NCBI RefSeq assembly: GCF_003018235.1 | Contig: NZ_CP027437.1 | Source: Escherichia coli | GTDB lineage: Bacteria > Pseudomonadota > Gammaproteobacteria > Enterobacterales > Enterobacteriaceae | Length of the DNA stretch: 64,000 nucleotides | Strand: one strand, 5' to 3' | In this document: positions 34,046-46,361 of the stretch, in pieces | Position numbering within the stretch: the first letter of the stretch is position 1 | Layout: every line of letters begins with the position of its first letter | Position numbers and translations under genes: made by a program | The notes under the pieces: model-generated | What the model was told of the DNA's origin: nothing | The model's database searches: none | What the model saw: the letters and a program-made list of their open reading frames with translations, nothing else

Positions 34046-36550
34046 ATGTCACAAACTATCGACCTGACCCTGGACGGCCTGTCCTGCGGTCACTGCGTTA
34101 AACGCGTGAAAGAAAGTCTCGAACAGCGCCCGGATGTTGAGCAGGCGGATGTGTCTGTCACTGAAGCGCACGTTACCGGGACTGCCAGTGCAGAACAGCT
34201 GATCGAAACCATCAAACAAGCGGGTTATGACGCATCTGTAAGCCACCCAAAGGCTAAACCGCTGGCGGAGTCATCAATCCCGTCGGAAGCACTGACAGCG
34301 GTTTCTGAGGCGCTTCCGGCAGCGACCGCCGATGACGATGACAGCCAGCAGTTGCTGCTGAGCGGCATGAGCTGCGCCAGCTGTGTCACCCGCGTACAAA
34401 ATGCGCTGCAAAGCGTACCGGGCGTCACTCAGGCACGGGTAAACCTGGCGGAGCGTACTGCGCTGGTGATGGGCAGTGCCTCCCCACAAGATTTAGTGCA
34501 GGCGGTGGAAAAAGCGGGCTACGGCGCGGAAGCGATTGAAGATGACGCTAAACGCCGCGAGCGCCAGCAAGAAACCGCCGTCGCTACGATGAAGCGCTTC
34601 CGCTGGCAGGCAATTGTCGCACTGGCGGTGGGTATCCCGGTGATGGTCTGGGGGATGATCGGCGATAACATGATGGTCACCGCTGACAACCGCAGCTTGT
34701 GGTTGGTTATCGGCCTGATAACCCTGGCGGTAATGGTTTTCGCCGGCGGGCATTTTTACCGCAGCGCATGGAAAAGCCTGCTGAACGGCGCGGCGACAAT
34801 GGATACGCTGGTGGCGCTGGGTACGGGCGTGGCGTGGCTCTATTCAATGAGCGTCAACCTGTGGCCACAGTGGTTCCCGATGGAAGCGCGACATCTTTAT
34901 TACGAAGCCAGCGCGATGATTATCGGTCTGATCAATCTCGGCCATATGCTGGAAGCGCGCGCGCGTCAGCGTTCTTCTAAGGCGCTGGAGAAATTACTCG
35001 ATTTAACCCCACCGACGGCGCGCCTGGTCACCGACGAAGGTGAAAAAAACGTGCCGCTGGCAGATGTTCAGCCAGGTATGTTACTGCGCCTGACGACCGG
35101 CGACCGTGTGCCGGTAGATGGTGAGATTACCCAGGGCGAAGCGTGGCTGGATGAAGCGATGCTGACGGGCGAACCTATCCCGCAGCAAAAAGGCGAAGGC
35201 GATAGCGTCCATGCCGGGACAGTGGTACAGGACGGCAGTGTGCTGTTTCGTGCCAGTGCGGTCGGCAGCCATACTACGCTGTCACGGATCATTCGCATGG
35301 TGCGACAGGCCCAGAGCAGCAAGCCAGAAATCGGTCAACTGGCGGATAAAATCTCCGCCGTGTTTGTGCCGGTAGTAGTGGTTATTGCGCTTGTCAGTGC
35401 GGCAATCTGGTATTTCTTTGGTCCGGCACCGCAGATTGTCTATACCCTGGTGATTGCCACCACGGTGCTGATTATTGCCTGTCCGTGTGCGCTGGGGCTG
35501 GCGACGCCGATGTCGATTATTTCCGGCGTCGGTCGTGCGGCAGAATTTGGCGTGCTGGTACGGGACGCCGACGCGCTGCAACGCGCCAGTACGCTCGACA
35601 CTGTAGTGTTCGATAAAACCGGGACGCTGACCGAAGGTAAACCACAGGTTGTCGCGGTAAAAACATTTGCTGATGTTGATGAAGCACAGGTATTGCGTCT
35701 GGCGGCGGCGCTGGAGCAAGGTTCCAGCCATCCTCTGGCACGGGCGATCCTCGATAAAGCAGGCGATATGCAGCTGCCGCAGGTCAATGGCTTCCGCACA
35801 TTGCGCGGGCTGGGCGTGAGCGGCGAAGCTGAAGGTCATGCGTTGTTGTTGGGTAATCAGGCGCTGTTAAATGACCAGCAAGTTGATACTAAAGCGATTG
35901 AGGCAGATATTTCAGCTCAGGCATCGCAAGGGGCAACGCCTGTGCTGCTGGCGGTTGACGGGAAAGCGGTAGCCCTGCTGGCTGTACGCGATCCATTGCG
36001 TAGTGATAGCGTGGCGGCGCTGCAACGCCTGCATAAAGCGGGATATCGTCTGGTGATGCTAACCGGGGATAACCCAACCACCGCCAATGCGATCGCCAAA
36101 GAAGCAGGGATTGATAAGGTGATAGCCGGGGTGCTGCCGGACGGTAAAGCCGAAGCGATCAAACGTCTGCAAAGTGAAGGACGTCAGGTGGCAATGGTGG
36201 GCGATGGCATTAACGACGCGCCAGCGCTGGCTCAGGCGGATGTCGGCATTGCAATGGGTGGCGGCAGTGATGTTGCCATTGAAACCGCGGCGATTACCCT
36301 GATGCGCCATAGCCTGATGGGTGTTGCGGATGCGCTCGCGATTTCCCGCGCAACGCTGCGCAATATGAAGCAGAACCTGCTCGGCGCGTTTATCTACAAC
36401 AGTATCGGTATTCCGGTCGCCGCCGGTATTTTGTGGCCGTTCACCGGTACGCTGCTTAACCCGGTGGTCGCCGGAGCGGCAATGGCGCTCTCGTCGATTA
36501 CCGTAGTGAGTAACGCCAACCGGTTACTGCGGTTTAAACCGAAAGAGTGA
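34046..36550 (+). CDS. copA: Cu(I)-translocating P1B-type ATPase CopA (834 aa)
   Basis: Two N-terminal GxxCxxC metal-binding domains (GLSCGHC, GMSCASC), CPC motif, DKTGT phosphorylation site, GDGINDAP. Confidence 0.97.
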   Translation: MSQTIDLTLDGLSCGHCVKRVKESLEQRPDVEQADVSVTEAHVTGTASAEQLIETIKQAGYDASVSHPKAKPLAESSIPSEALTAVSEALPAATADDDDSQQLLLSGMSCASCVTRVQNALQSVPGVTQARVNLAERTALVMGSASPQDLVQAVEKAGYGAEAIEDDAKRRERQQETAVATMKRFRWQAIVALAVGIPVMVWGMIGDNMMVTADNRSLWLVIGLITLAVMVFAGGHFYRSAWKSLLNGAATMDTLVALGTGVAWLYSMSVNLWPQWFPMEARHLYYEASAMIIGLINLGHMLEARARQRSSKALEKLLDLTPPTARLVTDEGEKNVPLADVQPGMLLRLTTGDRVPVDGEITQGEAWLDEAMLTGEPIPQQKGEGDSVHAGTVVQDGSVLFRASAVGSHTTLSRIIRMVRQAQSSKPEIGQLADKISAVFVPVVVVIALVSAAIWYFFGPAPQIVYTLVIATTVLIIACPCALGLATPMSIISGVGRAAEFGVLVRDADALQRASTLDTVVFDKTGTLTEGKPQVVAVKTFADVDEAQVLRLAAALEQGSSHPLARAILDKAGDMQLPQVNGFRTLRGLGVSGEAEGHALLLGNQALLNDQQVDTKAIEADISAQASQGATPVLLAVDGKAVALLAVRDPLRSDSVAALQRLHKAGYRLVMLTGDNPTTANAIAKEAGIDKVIAGVLPDGKAEAIKRLQSEGRQVAMVGDGINDAPALAQADVGIAMGGGSDVAIETAAITLMRHSLMGVADALAISRATLRNMKQNLLGAFIYNSIGIPVAAGILWPFTGTLLNPVVAGAAMALSSITVVSNANRLLRFKPKE
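34246..34257 (+). other. Programmed -1 ribosomal frameshift site within copA (slippery C CCA AAG, then GGC TAA in the -1 frame), giving the 70-aa CopA(Z) chaperone
   Basis: Heptamer cccaaag at codons 68-69; a -1 slip reads GGC then TAA, ending a 70-aa product that is the first metal-binding domain; copA is reported in the literature to use this mechanism. Confidence 0.7.
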
Positions 36551-36977
36551 TTGGTATTTACTTAATGCGTTTGTGAGATCCAGTTCTTGTTGCGCTCCTT
36601 TTATGAGTCATGCCATATAAAGTGACTGGCGCAGGGAGCGCGCAGGGGGCGGCCAATCGCCGCCGCCCCTGCACCCCCGGGCTCTGGCGAACAAAATCGC
36701 CGCTGCGCGGTACCCTCAGCTTATCCCTTGCGGCTACCGGGTCGGGCGCGAGGTAACATCCCTGTAAAACGCGCCCTCAGCCCACATCCATGTGGGCTGC
36801 CCCGGCCTTCAGGGAACGCCTCGGCGATTTTGACGCCACCAACACCGGTGCAGTCTTTCGTTTCAAAGCAAAAACAATTTTTCGATCATATTTAAGCTAC
36901 CACTGAACAAGCCTCATAACTCCATTTGCGCCATCCCTCCCCGCGCGCTAGCATGATATTTCACAAAGGGAGGTCGT

Positions 36978-37772
36978 ATGGATCTGTTGTACCGGGTAAA
37001 AACGCTTTGGGCCGCGCTGCGCGGTAATCATTACACCTGGCCTGCTATCGATATCTCTCTTCCCGGCAATCGCCATTTTCATCTGATTGGCAGTATTCAT
37101 ATGGGCAGCCACGATATGGCTCCCCTGCCCACCCGTTTGCTCAAAAAGCTCAAAAACGCCGATGCGCTGATCGTCGAGGCGGATGTTTCCACCAGCGATA
37201 CGCCTTTTGCTAATTTGCCTGCCTGCGAGGCGCTGGAAGAGCGCATTAGCGAGGAGCAACTCCAAAATCTGCAGCACATTAGCCAGGAGATGGGCATTTC
37301 TCCGTCGCTCTTTTCTACCCAACCGCTGTGGCAAATCGCGATGGTTCTTCAGGCGACGCAGGCACAAAAACTGGGGCTGCGGGCAGAATACGGTATCGAT
37401 TACCAGCTATTGCAGGCGGCGAAGCAACAACATAAACCCGTGATTGAACTGGAAGGGGCAGAAAACCAGATTGCCATGTTGCTCCAGCTCCCTGACAACG
37501 GACTAGCGCTGCTGGACGATACGCTGACCCACTGGCACACCAATGCACGGTTGCTGCAACAAATGATGAGCTGGTGGCTGAATGCGCCGCCGCAAAATAA
37601 TGAAATAACGCTGCCTAATACGTTCAGTCAATCGCTGTACGATGTGCTGATGCATCAGCGAAATCTCGCCTGGCGGGACAAATTATGCGCCATGCCGCCG
37701 GGGCGCTATGTGGTCGCAGTCGGTGCACTACACCTGTATGGAGAAGGGAATTTGCCGCAGATGTTGCGCTAA
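36978..37772 (+). CDS. ybaP: TraB/GumN-family protein YbaP (264 aa)
   Basis: 264-aa ORF in the conserved position next to chiX and ybaK. Confidence 0.85.
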   Translation: MDLLYRVKTLWAALRGNHYTWPAIDISLPGNRHFHLIGSIHMGSHDMAPLPTRLLKKLKNADALIVEADVSTSDTPFANLPACEALEERISEEQLQNLQHISQEMGISPSLFSTQPLWQIAMVLQATQAQKLGLRAEYGIDYQLLQAAKQQHKPVIELEGAENQIAMLLQLPDNGLALLDDTLTHWHTNARLLQQMMSWWLNAPPQNNEITLPNTFSQSLYDVLMHQRNLAWRDKLCAMPPGRYVVAVGALHLYGEGNLPQMLR

Positions 37773-37854
37773 AAAAATGGCCAATATCGCTATTGGCCCG
37801 TCAAAGAGGAATTTCATATTTTTATTATTATGCCGTCACTTTAAGCGACGGTGT
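37771..37854 (-). ncRNA. chiX: ChiX (MicM/SroB/RybC) Hfq-dependent small RNA
   Basis: Minus-strand sequence ACACCGTCGCTTAAAGTGACGGCATAATAATAAAAATATGAAATTCCTCTTTGACGGGCCAATAGCGATATTGGCCATTTTTTT matches recalled ChiX, including the terminator hairpin and U-tail; located in the ybaP-ybaK spacer as in K-12. Confidence 0.85.
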
Positions 37855-37960
37855 AACTCGATTGTCGCTCAATCTCACCATCCTGCCAATACTCTTAGGC
37901 AAGATGACTCTTTTTTTTGGACCGCCATCAGGCGTATGCTTGCTTCGTTTTTTTGTTTAA

Positions 37961-38455
<495 letters not shown>

Positions 38456-38460
38456 GCATT

Positions 38461-38484
38461 GTGCCGGATGCGAACATCCGGCAC
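38461..38484. terminator. Hairpin between convergent ybaK and ushA (probable bidirectional terminator)
   Basis: Palindrome gtgccggatgcgaacatccggcac in the 36-bp convergent spacer. Confidence 0.55.
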
Positions 38485-38491
38485 TTTCGGA

Positions 38492-40144
38492 TTACTGCCA
38501 GCTCACCTCACCCTTCGGTTCATAAACACTCACATCCAGCGGCGAGCTTTTCTGGATATACGCTTTCAGCACTTCGGCATCAATAAAGCCGGTATTCACA
38601 TAGCCCGGTTTGTTATCAAGGCGCGGATAGCCATCACCGCCGGTGGCATTGAAGTTTAATGTCGCCATGCGGTAAGTTTTCGCCGGATCGACCGGTTCGC
38701 CGTTGATTTTCAGGTCGTTGAGTTTGCCGTCTTTCGCCACAAAGCTAACGTTGGCAAATTGCGGGTAGGCACCTGAATCTGGCTTCATTTGTGCGACGAC
38801 GGTCAGGTAATCAATCACCTCTTTACCGGTCATGTCGGCATACACCACCACATTGCCGAATGGCTGCACTTTCAGCACGTTTTTATAGCTGATATCGCCT
38901 GCTTCGATAGAATCACGAATTCCGCCTCCACTCATCACCGCAAAGTCAGCACCAGTGCGATCCATTTGTGCTGCCAGAATTAACCGCCCCATATTGGTCT
39001 GTACAAAACGCACTTTGTCACGATCGCCTTCCAGACGACCATTGGTTTCGCCTATTTTCACGTCCAGCTGCGCTTTGCCTTTGTTCTGGAACGGCGATAA
39101 CAGCGAGATCATTTGCTGGTTTTCAGCGATTTCAGGAGTGTAAAGCACGCGCTCGCTTTTCCCGTCTTCCCAGGTCACTTTCTTCTTCAGGTTCACCGGA
39201 ATCAGCTGGTAGTTAACCATTTTCATTTCGCCATTACGAAACTCAAAATCAGCCCGTCCCACGTATTTGCCCCACTCATGCGCCTGCACAATCCAGATGC
39301 CGTTTTGTTGATCCGGTTTGCATGGCGTACCCGGCACGTAATCGACCTGTTTTTTGTTTTCTGCCGCCATGCAGACCGGATCTTGCGAGTGACCACCGAC
39401 GATCATCGCCAGCGATCCGGCAGGCAGCGCGCGCGCCATCTCCACATCGCCCGGTGCGTTAGAGCCGTGCTCACCATTGTCGTAATGCCCCATATGGGTC
39501 GCCGCGATAATAATGTCTGGCTTTTCTGTCTGTTGCAGCTCCTGAATCACCAGCTTCGCTTCATCGGCGGGCTTACGGAACTCAATATCGGTGAAGTTTT
39601 CTGGGTTGCCTAACTTCGCTGTGTCATCCGTCGTCAGGCCAATAACGGCAATTTTCAGATCCTGACGCTTAAACAGCGCCCATGGTTTAAACAGGCGCTC
39701 GCCGGTACTTTTCTGGTAGATATTGGCAGAAAGTAACGGGAACTTTGCCCACTTTTCCTGCTGGCGTAATACGGTGAGCGGGTTATCAAATTCATGATTA
39801 CCGATTGCCATCGCATCGTAACCCACCAGATTCATGCCGCGAAAATCAGGTTCGGCATCCTGTAAGTCAGACTCGGGCACGCCAGTGTTAATGTCGCCAC
39901 CGGAAAGTAGCAGCACGCTACCGCCTTCAGCCGCAACCTCTTTGCGGATACCATCCACCAGCGTTTTTTGCGCCGCCAGACCATATTCGCCATATTCATT
40001 GCGCCAAAAATGCCCATGATGATCATTGGTGTGCAGAACTGTAATTTTGTAGGTTTTATCCTGCTCATACGCCAGAGCAGTTTCACTCGCCAGTGTAAAT
40101 GTGGTTAACAGTGCTAATGCCACGCCCCGCTGCAATAATTTCAT
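38492..40144 (-). CDS. ushA: UDP-sugar hydrolase / 5'-nucleotidase UshA (550 aa, periplasmic)
   Basis: Signal peptide, calcineurin-like metallophosphoesterase motifs (GNHEFD) and a C-terminal 5'-nucleotidase domain. Confidence 0.95.
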   Translation of the reverse strand: MKLLQRGVALALLTTFTLASETALAYEQDKTYKITVLHTNDHHGHFWRNEYGEYGLAAQKTLVDGIRKEVAAEGGSVLLLSGGDINTGVPESDLQDAEPDFRGMNLVGYDAMAIGNHEFDNPLTVLRQQEKWAKFPLLSANIYQKSTGERLFKPWALFKRQDLKIAVIGLTTDDTAKLGNPENFTDIEFRKPADEAKLVIQELQQTEKPDIIIAATHMGHYDNGEHGSNAPGDVEMARALPAGSLAMIVGGHSQDPVCMAAENKKQVDYVPGTPCKPDQQNGIWIVQAHEWGKYVGRADFEFRNGEMKMVNYQLIPVNLKKKVTWEDGKSERVLYTPEIAENQQMISLLSPFQNKGKAQLDVKIGETNGRLEGDRDKVRFVQTNMGRLILAAQMDRTGADFAVMSGGGIRDSIEAGDISYKNVLKVQPFGNVVVYADMTGKEVIDYLTVVAQMKPDSGAYPQFANVSFVAKDGKLNDLKINGEPVDPAKTYRMATLNFNATGGDGYPRLDNKPGYVNTGFIDAEVLKAYIQKSSPLDVSVYEPKGEVSWQ

Positions 40145-40361
40145 ACTTCTCTCCCTGACCTGATTTCAACGTGTTGAAAAATAGTATGACGCGACATCAT
40201 AGACAAGTCTGCGTCCGGTGAAGATAAATCTGCATCCAGATTAGAAATTCTGTATTCAGCGTTGAGACTTCCTTCAGGCGACGCATACAGGTATGTTAGT
40301 CGGGTAATAATCACAAATAAGATCATTCTTTACATCGCAACCCTGAAAAAGTGACTTTCCT

Positions 40362-41582
40362 ATGGCAATGAGTGAACAAACCCAGCCTGTGGCGGGCGCG
40401 GCTGCGTCAACGACCAAGGCCCGAACATCGTTTGGTATTTTAGGTGCTATCAGCCTCTCACATCTGCTGAACGACATGATCCAATCGCTGATTCTGGCGA
40501 TTTATCCGCTGCTTCAGTCAGAGTTTTCTCTGACATTTATGCAGATTGGCATGATAACCCTCACCTTCCAGCTCGCCTCTTCGCTACTGCAACCAGTGGT
40601 CGGCTACTGGACCGATAAATATCCGATGCCGTGGTCGTTGCCGATTGGCATGTGCTTTACCTTAAGTGGTCTGGTGCTGCTTGCGCTGGCGGGCAGTTTT
40701 GGCGCAGTTCTGCTGGCGGCGGCGCTGGTCGGTACCGGTTCATCGGTCTTTCATCCGGAATCTTCTCGCGTGGCCCGTATGGCTTCCGGCGGGCGGCATG
40801 GCCTGGCGCAATCTATCTTTCAGGTCGGCGGCAACTTTGGCAGTTCCCTGGGCCCCTTGCTGGCGGCGGTGATTATCGCGCCTTATGGTAAAGGCAACGT
40901 TGCCTGGTTTGTGCTTGCGGCACTGCTGGCGATCGTGGTGTTGGCGCAAATCAGCCGTTGGTACTCGGCACAGCACCGAATGAATAAAGGAAAACCAAAA
41001 GCGACGATTATCAATCCACTGCCGCGCAACAAAGTGGTACTGGCGGTCAGCATTCTGTTAATCCTCATTTTCTCGAAATATTTCTATATGGCGAGCATCA
41101 GCAGCTATTACACCTTTTATCTGATGCAAAAATTCGGATTATCTATCCAGAATGCCCAGCTTCATCTGTTTGCCTTCCTGTTTGCCGTTGCGGCAGGTAC
41201 GGTGATCGGCGGGCCTGTAGGGGATAAAATTGGGCGAAAATATGTGATTTGGGGCTCTATCCTCGGCGTTGCGCCGTTTACGCTGATTTTACCCTACGCC
41301 AGCCTGCACTGGACGGGGGTTTTAACGGTGATTATTGGATTTATCCTCGCTTCGGCATTCTCTGCCATTCTGGTCTACGCTCAGGAGCTACTTCCGGGAC
41401 GTATCGGTATGGTTTCTGGACTCTTTTTCGGTTTTGCTTTTGGCATGGGAGGTCTGGGAGCGGCAGTTCTGGGGCTTATCGCCGACCACACCAGCATCGA
41501 GTTAGTCTATAAAATCTGTGCTTTCCTGCCACTATTGGGGATGTTGACCATATTCCTGCCTGATAACCGGCATAAAGAGTGA
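40362..41582 (+). CDS. fsr: Fosmidomycin resistance MFS transporter Fsr (406 aa)
   Basis: 12-TM MFS; 406 aa; conserved position. Confidence 0.9.
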   Translation: MAMSEQTQPVAGAAASTTKARTSFGILGAISLSHLLNDMIQSLILAIYPLLQSEFSLTFMQIGMITLTFQLASSLLQPVVGYWTDKYPMPWSLPIGMCFTLSGLVLLALAGSFGAVLLAAALVGTGSSVFHPESSRVARMASGGRHGLAQSIFQVGGNFGSSLGPLLAAVIIAPYGKGNVAWFVLAALLAIVVLAQISRWYSAQHRMNKGKPKATIINPLPRNKVVLAVSILLILIFSKYFYMASISSYYTFYLMQKFGLSIQNAQLHLFAFLFAVAAGTVIGGPVGDKIGRKYVIWGSILGVAPFTLILPYASLHWTGVLTVIIGFILASAFSAILVYAQELLPGRIGMVSGLFFGFAFGMGGLGAAVLGLIADHTSIELVYKICAFLPLLGMLTIFLPDNRHKE

Positions 41583-41589
41583 TTTCATT

Positions 41590-41622
41590 GCAGCCAAAGG
41601 CAAACTTTGGCTGCATCGTTTT
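41590..41622 (+). terminator. Rho-independent terminator of fsr
   Basis: Hairpin gcagccaaaggcaaactttggctgc followed by atcgtttt. Confidence 0.6.
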
Positions 41623-41819
41623 ACAGTCGCCATAAGCCTTTACTCTGTTAAACCGCCTTCTGTTTTCCGATCCGTGCTTTTTTTGCAGCTAATTCCATTT
41701 TTCTGCAAAATTCAACAATTATTCATAAACATCTTCAATGAAATTGTCATAAACTATTACCTGTAATTTTGGTTTTCCCGGCCAAAAATGGACAATAACC
41801 ACCAGGAAAAGGAGACGGA

Positions 41820-43496
41820 ATGCATCACGCCACCCCGCTTATCACCACCATTGTTGGCGGCCTTGTGCTCGCCTTTATCCTCGGCATGCTGGCCAATAAA
41901 CTACGTATTTCTCCTCTGGTGGGATATCTGTTAGCGGGTGTGCTGGCAGGACCATTCACTCCGGGCTTTGTTGCCGATACCAAGCTTGCGCCGGAACTGG
42001 CTGAACTGGGCGTCATTCTGTTGATGTTTGGCGTGGGTCTGCACTTTTCGCTGAAGGATTTGATGGCGGTAAAGGCCATCGCCATTCCCGGTGCGATCGC
42101 CCAGATAGCCGTGGCGACGCTGCTGGGTATGGCGCTCTCCGCCGTGCTAGGCTGGTCGTTAATGACCGGTATCGTGTTCGGCTTATGCCTTTCCACCGCC
42201 AGTACCGTGGTGTTACTGCGCGCACTTGAAGAACGGCAATTAATAGACAGTCAGCGTGGGCAAATCGCCATCGGTTGGTTGATTGTGGAAGACCTGGTCA
42301 TGGTTCTGACGCTGGTGTTGCTGCCCGCAGTGGCAGGAATGATGGAACAAGGCGATGTGGGCTTTGCCACTCTTGCTGTCGATATGGGGATCACCATCGG
42401 CAAGGTGATCGCATTTATCGCCATTATGATGCTGGTAGGCCGCCGTCTGGTGCCGTGGATTATGGCACGCAGCGCAGCAACCGGTTCCCGCGAGCTGTTT
42501 ACCCTGTCGGTGCTGGCGCTGGCGTTAGGGATTGCCTTTGGTGCGGTAGAGCTGTTTGATGTCTCCTTCGCACTCGGTGCGTTCTTTGCCGGGATGGTAC
42601 TGAACGAGTCTGAACTGAGTCACCGTGCCGCCCACGATACGCTGCCATTGCGCGATGCGTTTGCGGTGCTGTTTTTTGTCTCCGTCGGGATGTTGTTTGA
42701 TCCGTTAATTCTGATTCAACAACCGCTGGCAGTGCTGGCGACGCTGGCAATTATTCTGTTTGGTAAGTCGTTAGCCGCGTTTTTCCTGGTGCGACTGTTT
42801 GGTCACTCCCAACGTACGGCATTAACTATCGCCGCCAGCCTGGCGCAAATTGGTGAGTTCGCGTTTATCCTGGCGGGACTGGGCATGGCGCTGGATCTGT
42901 TGCCGCAAGCCGGGCAGAACCTGGTACTGGCAGGGGCGATTTTGTCGATTATGCTCAACCCGGTCCTGTTTGCGCTGCTGGAGAAATATCTGGCGAAGAC
43001 CGAAACGCTGGAAGAGCAGACGCTGGAAGAGGCTATCGAAGAAGAGAAGCAGATCCCAGTGGATATTTGCAACCATGCGCTACTGGTAGGTTACGGTCGT
43101 GTAGGCAGCCTGCTGGGGGAGAAATTGCTCGCCTCTGATATTCCGCTGGTGGTGATTGAGACGTCACGAACCCGTGTTGATGAACTGCGAGAGCGCGGGG
43201 TCCGCGCAGTATTGGGCAATGCGGCGAACGAAGAAATTATGCAACTGGCGCATCTGGAATGTGCAAAATGGCTGATCCTGACGATTCCCAACGGTTATGA
43301 AGCAGGCGAGATTGTGGCGTCTGCCCGCGCGAAAAATCCGGATATTGAGATTATCGCCCGCGCCCATTATGACGATGAAGTGGCGTATATCACCGAACGT
43401 GGTGCGAATCAGGTAGTGATGGGTGAGCGTGAAATTGCTCGTACTATGCTGGAACTGCTAGAAACGCCACCGGCGGGTGAGGTGGTGACGGGGTAA
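41820..43496 (+). CDS. ybaL: CPA2-family cation:proton antiporter YbaL with C-terminal TrkA-N/RCK domain (558 aa)
   Basis: KefB/KefC-like TM core plus NAD-binding GYGRVG motif. Confidence 0.92.
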   Translation: MHHATPLITTIVGGLVLAFILGMLANKLRISPLVGYLLAGVLAGPFTPGFVADTKLAPELAELGVILLMFGVGLHFSLKDLMAVKAIAIPGAIAQIAVATLLGMALSAVLGWSLMTGIVFGLCLSTASTVVLLRALEERQLIDSQRGQIAIGWLIVEDLVMVLTLVLLPAVAGMMEQGDVGFATLAVDMGITIGKVIAFIAIMMLVGRRLVPWIMARSAATGSRELFTLSVLALALGIAFGAVELFDVSFALGAFFAGMVLNESELSHRAAHDTLPLRDAFAVLFFVSVGMLFDPLILIQQPLAVLATLAIILFGKSLAAFFLVRLFGHSQRTALTIAASLAQIGEFAFILAGLGMALDLLPQAGQNLVLAGAILSIMLNPVLFALLEKYLAKTETLEEQTLEEAIEEEKQIPVDICNHALLVGYGRVGSLLGEKLLASDIPLVVIETSRTRVDELRERGVRAVLGNAANEEIMQLAHLECAKWLILTIPNGYEAGEIVASARAKNPDIEIIARAHYDDEVAYITERGANQVVMGEREIARTMLELLETPPAGEVVTG

Positions 43497-43526
43497 ACGG
43501 TGGTTGCCGGATAATAGGCGCGGATA

Positions 43527-44891
<1,365 letters not shown>

Positions 44892-44905
44892 GAACCGACG
44901 ATAAC

Positions 44906-46210
44906 TTAACGATCCCAGTAAGACTCTTCCAGGCTGTCTTCACGCTCCGGCAAGCCGCGCGTTAAACGAGGTGAATGCTGGTTCAGTACCTGATAGCTCA
45001 CACGGTTAGCATATTTACACACCTGCGCTAACGATGAATAAGTTAACCAGGTGAATTTATGTTTGCTGGAGTTTGGTACGTTACTACGGTGGTAGCTGTT
45101 GGCGGTAATATCATGCAGCAACGCTGCCAATGCGCCATCCCCTGCTCCGTTAGTGTTCATGATTTTTTCCGGCCCGCCCATGTACGGCGCAATGTGCGAA
45201 TAGACACGCAGCGGATTCTGGCAATCCTTGTGGCGCATGGCGCGGCTAAACTCATACTGGTTAAATTCCGCTATAGCGCCCGGCAGCAACGGATGCTGGG
45301 TTTTACGTTTCGCTTCGTCTTCGGTAAAGCCCGCCATATACAAGCCGATTGGCCCTGCGGTACACAGCACCAGATCAACCCAGTCCAGCGCCTTGTCAGA
45401 TGCTAACAACGGATCGCTTTCTCCGGTTAACGCTTCGGCTTCATCTTCGTTCATCGCAAGGATAGAGACGTGGTCTTTGAGGAATTGCTGCCACCACTGC
45501 GGATTCTCGGCAATGACAAACTTGGTGCCCAGCGTCAGCACCACCGGTACGTTATATTTCTTCGCGTACTCAATGGCTTTCATGGTTGCTTCCGGCATGG
45601 GTTCACCCGGCTTGCAACGCACCAGATAAGAGGTGAGAACCAGAGCCGAGGCTCCGGCAATCACATCTTCCGGAATACTTTCAGCCCGCAGCTGGTTCAT
45701 GTGGCCAGGGCTGATAGCAAAGGTACGTTCCCCGGACTCGCCAATCAGCGTAAAGCAACGACCAATCGGGCCATCCACGCCTTGTAGATAGTTAAGATCG
45801 GTACGGCTGGAGGTGTTACACAGGTAACGATAGGCATAGCTGCCAATTTCAATATTGCTGCACATGACGCCCAGCAGCACCGAACGGTCGTCCGCGAGCA
45901 CCGAGTAGTTGTGCATGGTGTTACCAATAGTGCCACCCGCAAATTGATGGGTAATCAGGTTTTTCTGTTTTAGTTCCTGATAAAGCGCTTCGGCTACGTC
46001 ATCCTCAATCACCAGTGAATGCCCGGCGCTTAATCCATAACGCTCAATGAATTCGTCATCCACTTTCGCTTCAATATCGACCAGCGTTTGATCGATACCC
46101 ACTACCCAGGCGGCGCTGGTTTCGTTTTCTGGCTGGAATTGCTGAAGCAGCGGATCGCGTGCATTTACAGGGAAGTAATGTTTGGATTTACGTTTACCGG
46201 GAAATTTCAT
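44906..46210 (-). CDS. gsk: Inosine-guanosine kinase (434 aa)
   Basis: PfkB-family sugar/nucleoside kinase; 434 aa; conserved position. Confidence 0.93.
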   Translation of the reverse strand: MKFPGKRKSKHYFPVNARDPLLQQFQPENETSAAWVVGIDQTLVDIEAKVDDEFIERYGLSAGHSLVIEDDVAEALYQELKQKNLITHQFAGGTIGNTMHNYSVLADDRSVLLGVMCSNIEIGSYAYRYLCNTSSRTDLNYLQGVDGPIGRCFTLIGESGERTFAISPGHMNQLRAESIPEDVIAGASALVLTSYLVRCKPGEPMPEATMKAIEYAKKYNVPVVLTLGTKFVIAENPQWWQQFLKDHVSILAMNEDEAEALTGESDPLLASDKALDWVDLVLCTAGPIGLYMAGFTEDEAKRKTQHPLLPGAIAEFNQYEFSRAMRHKDCQNPLRVYSHIAPYMGGPEKIMNTNGAGDGALAALLHDITANSYHRSNVPNSSKHKFTWLTYSSLAQVCKYANRVSYQVLNQHSPRLTRGLPEREDSLEESYWDR

Positions 46211-46361
46211 GGTTGTTTTTACGGGTGGTTAACTGAGCGGCGAATGTTAACACAATCTGACGGGAGCGCGCGAGACGCAGCCAGTTTCAATATCAGCAGG
46301 CGGGATCGCATTTTCATGGCAGTGGTTCCTTACAATGACGTAATTTGAAAGGAGTTTTTGC

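Noticed and set aside
36948-37367. 139-aa minus-strand ORF that might have been ybaQ
   Set aside because: It overlaps the ybaP coding sequence for most of its length and has a low-complexity Arg/Leu-rich translation with no HTH; it is not located within the 36551-36977 spacer
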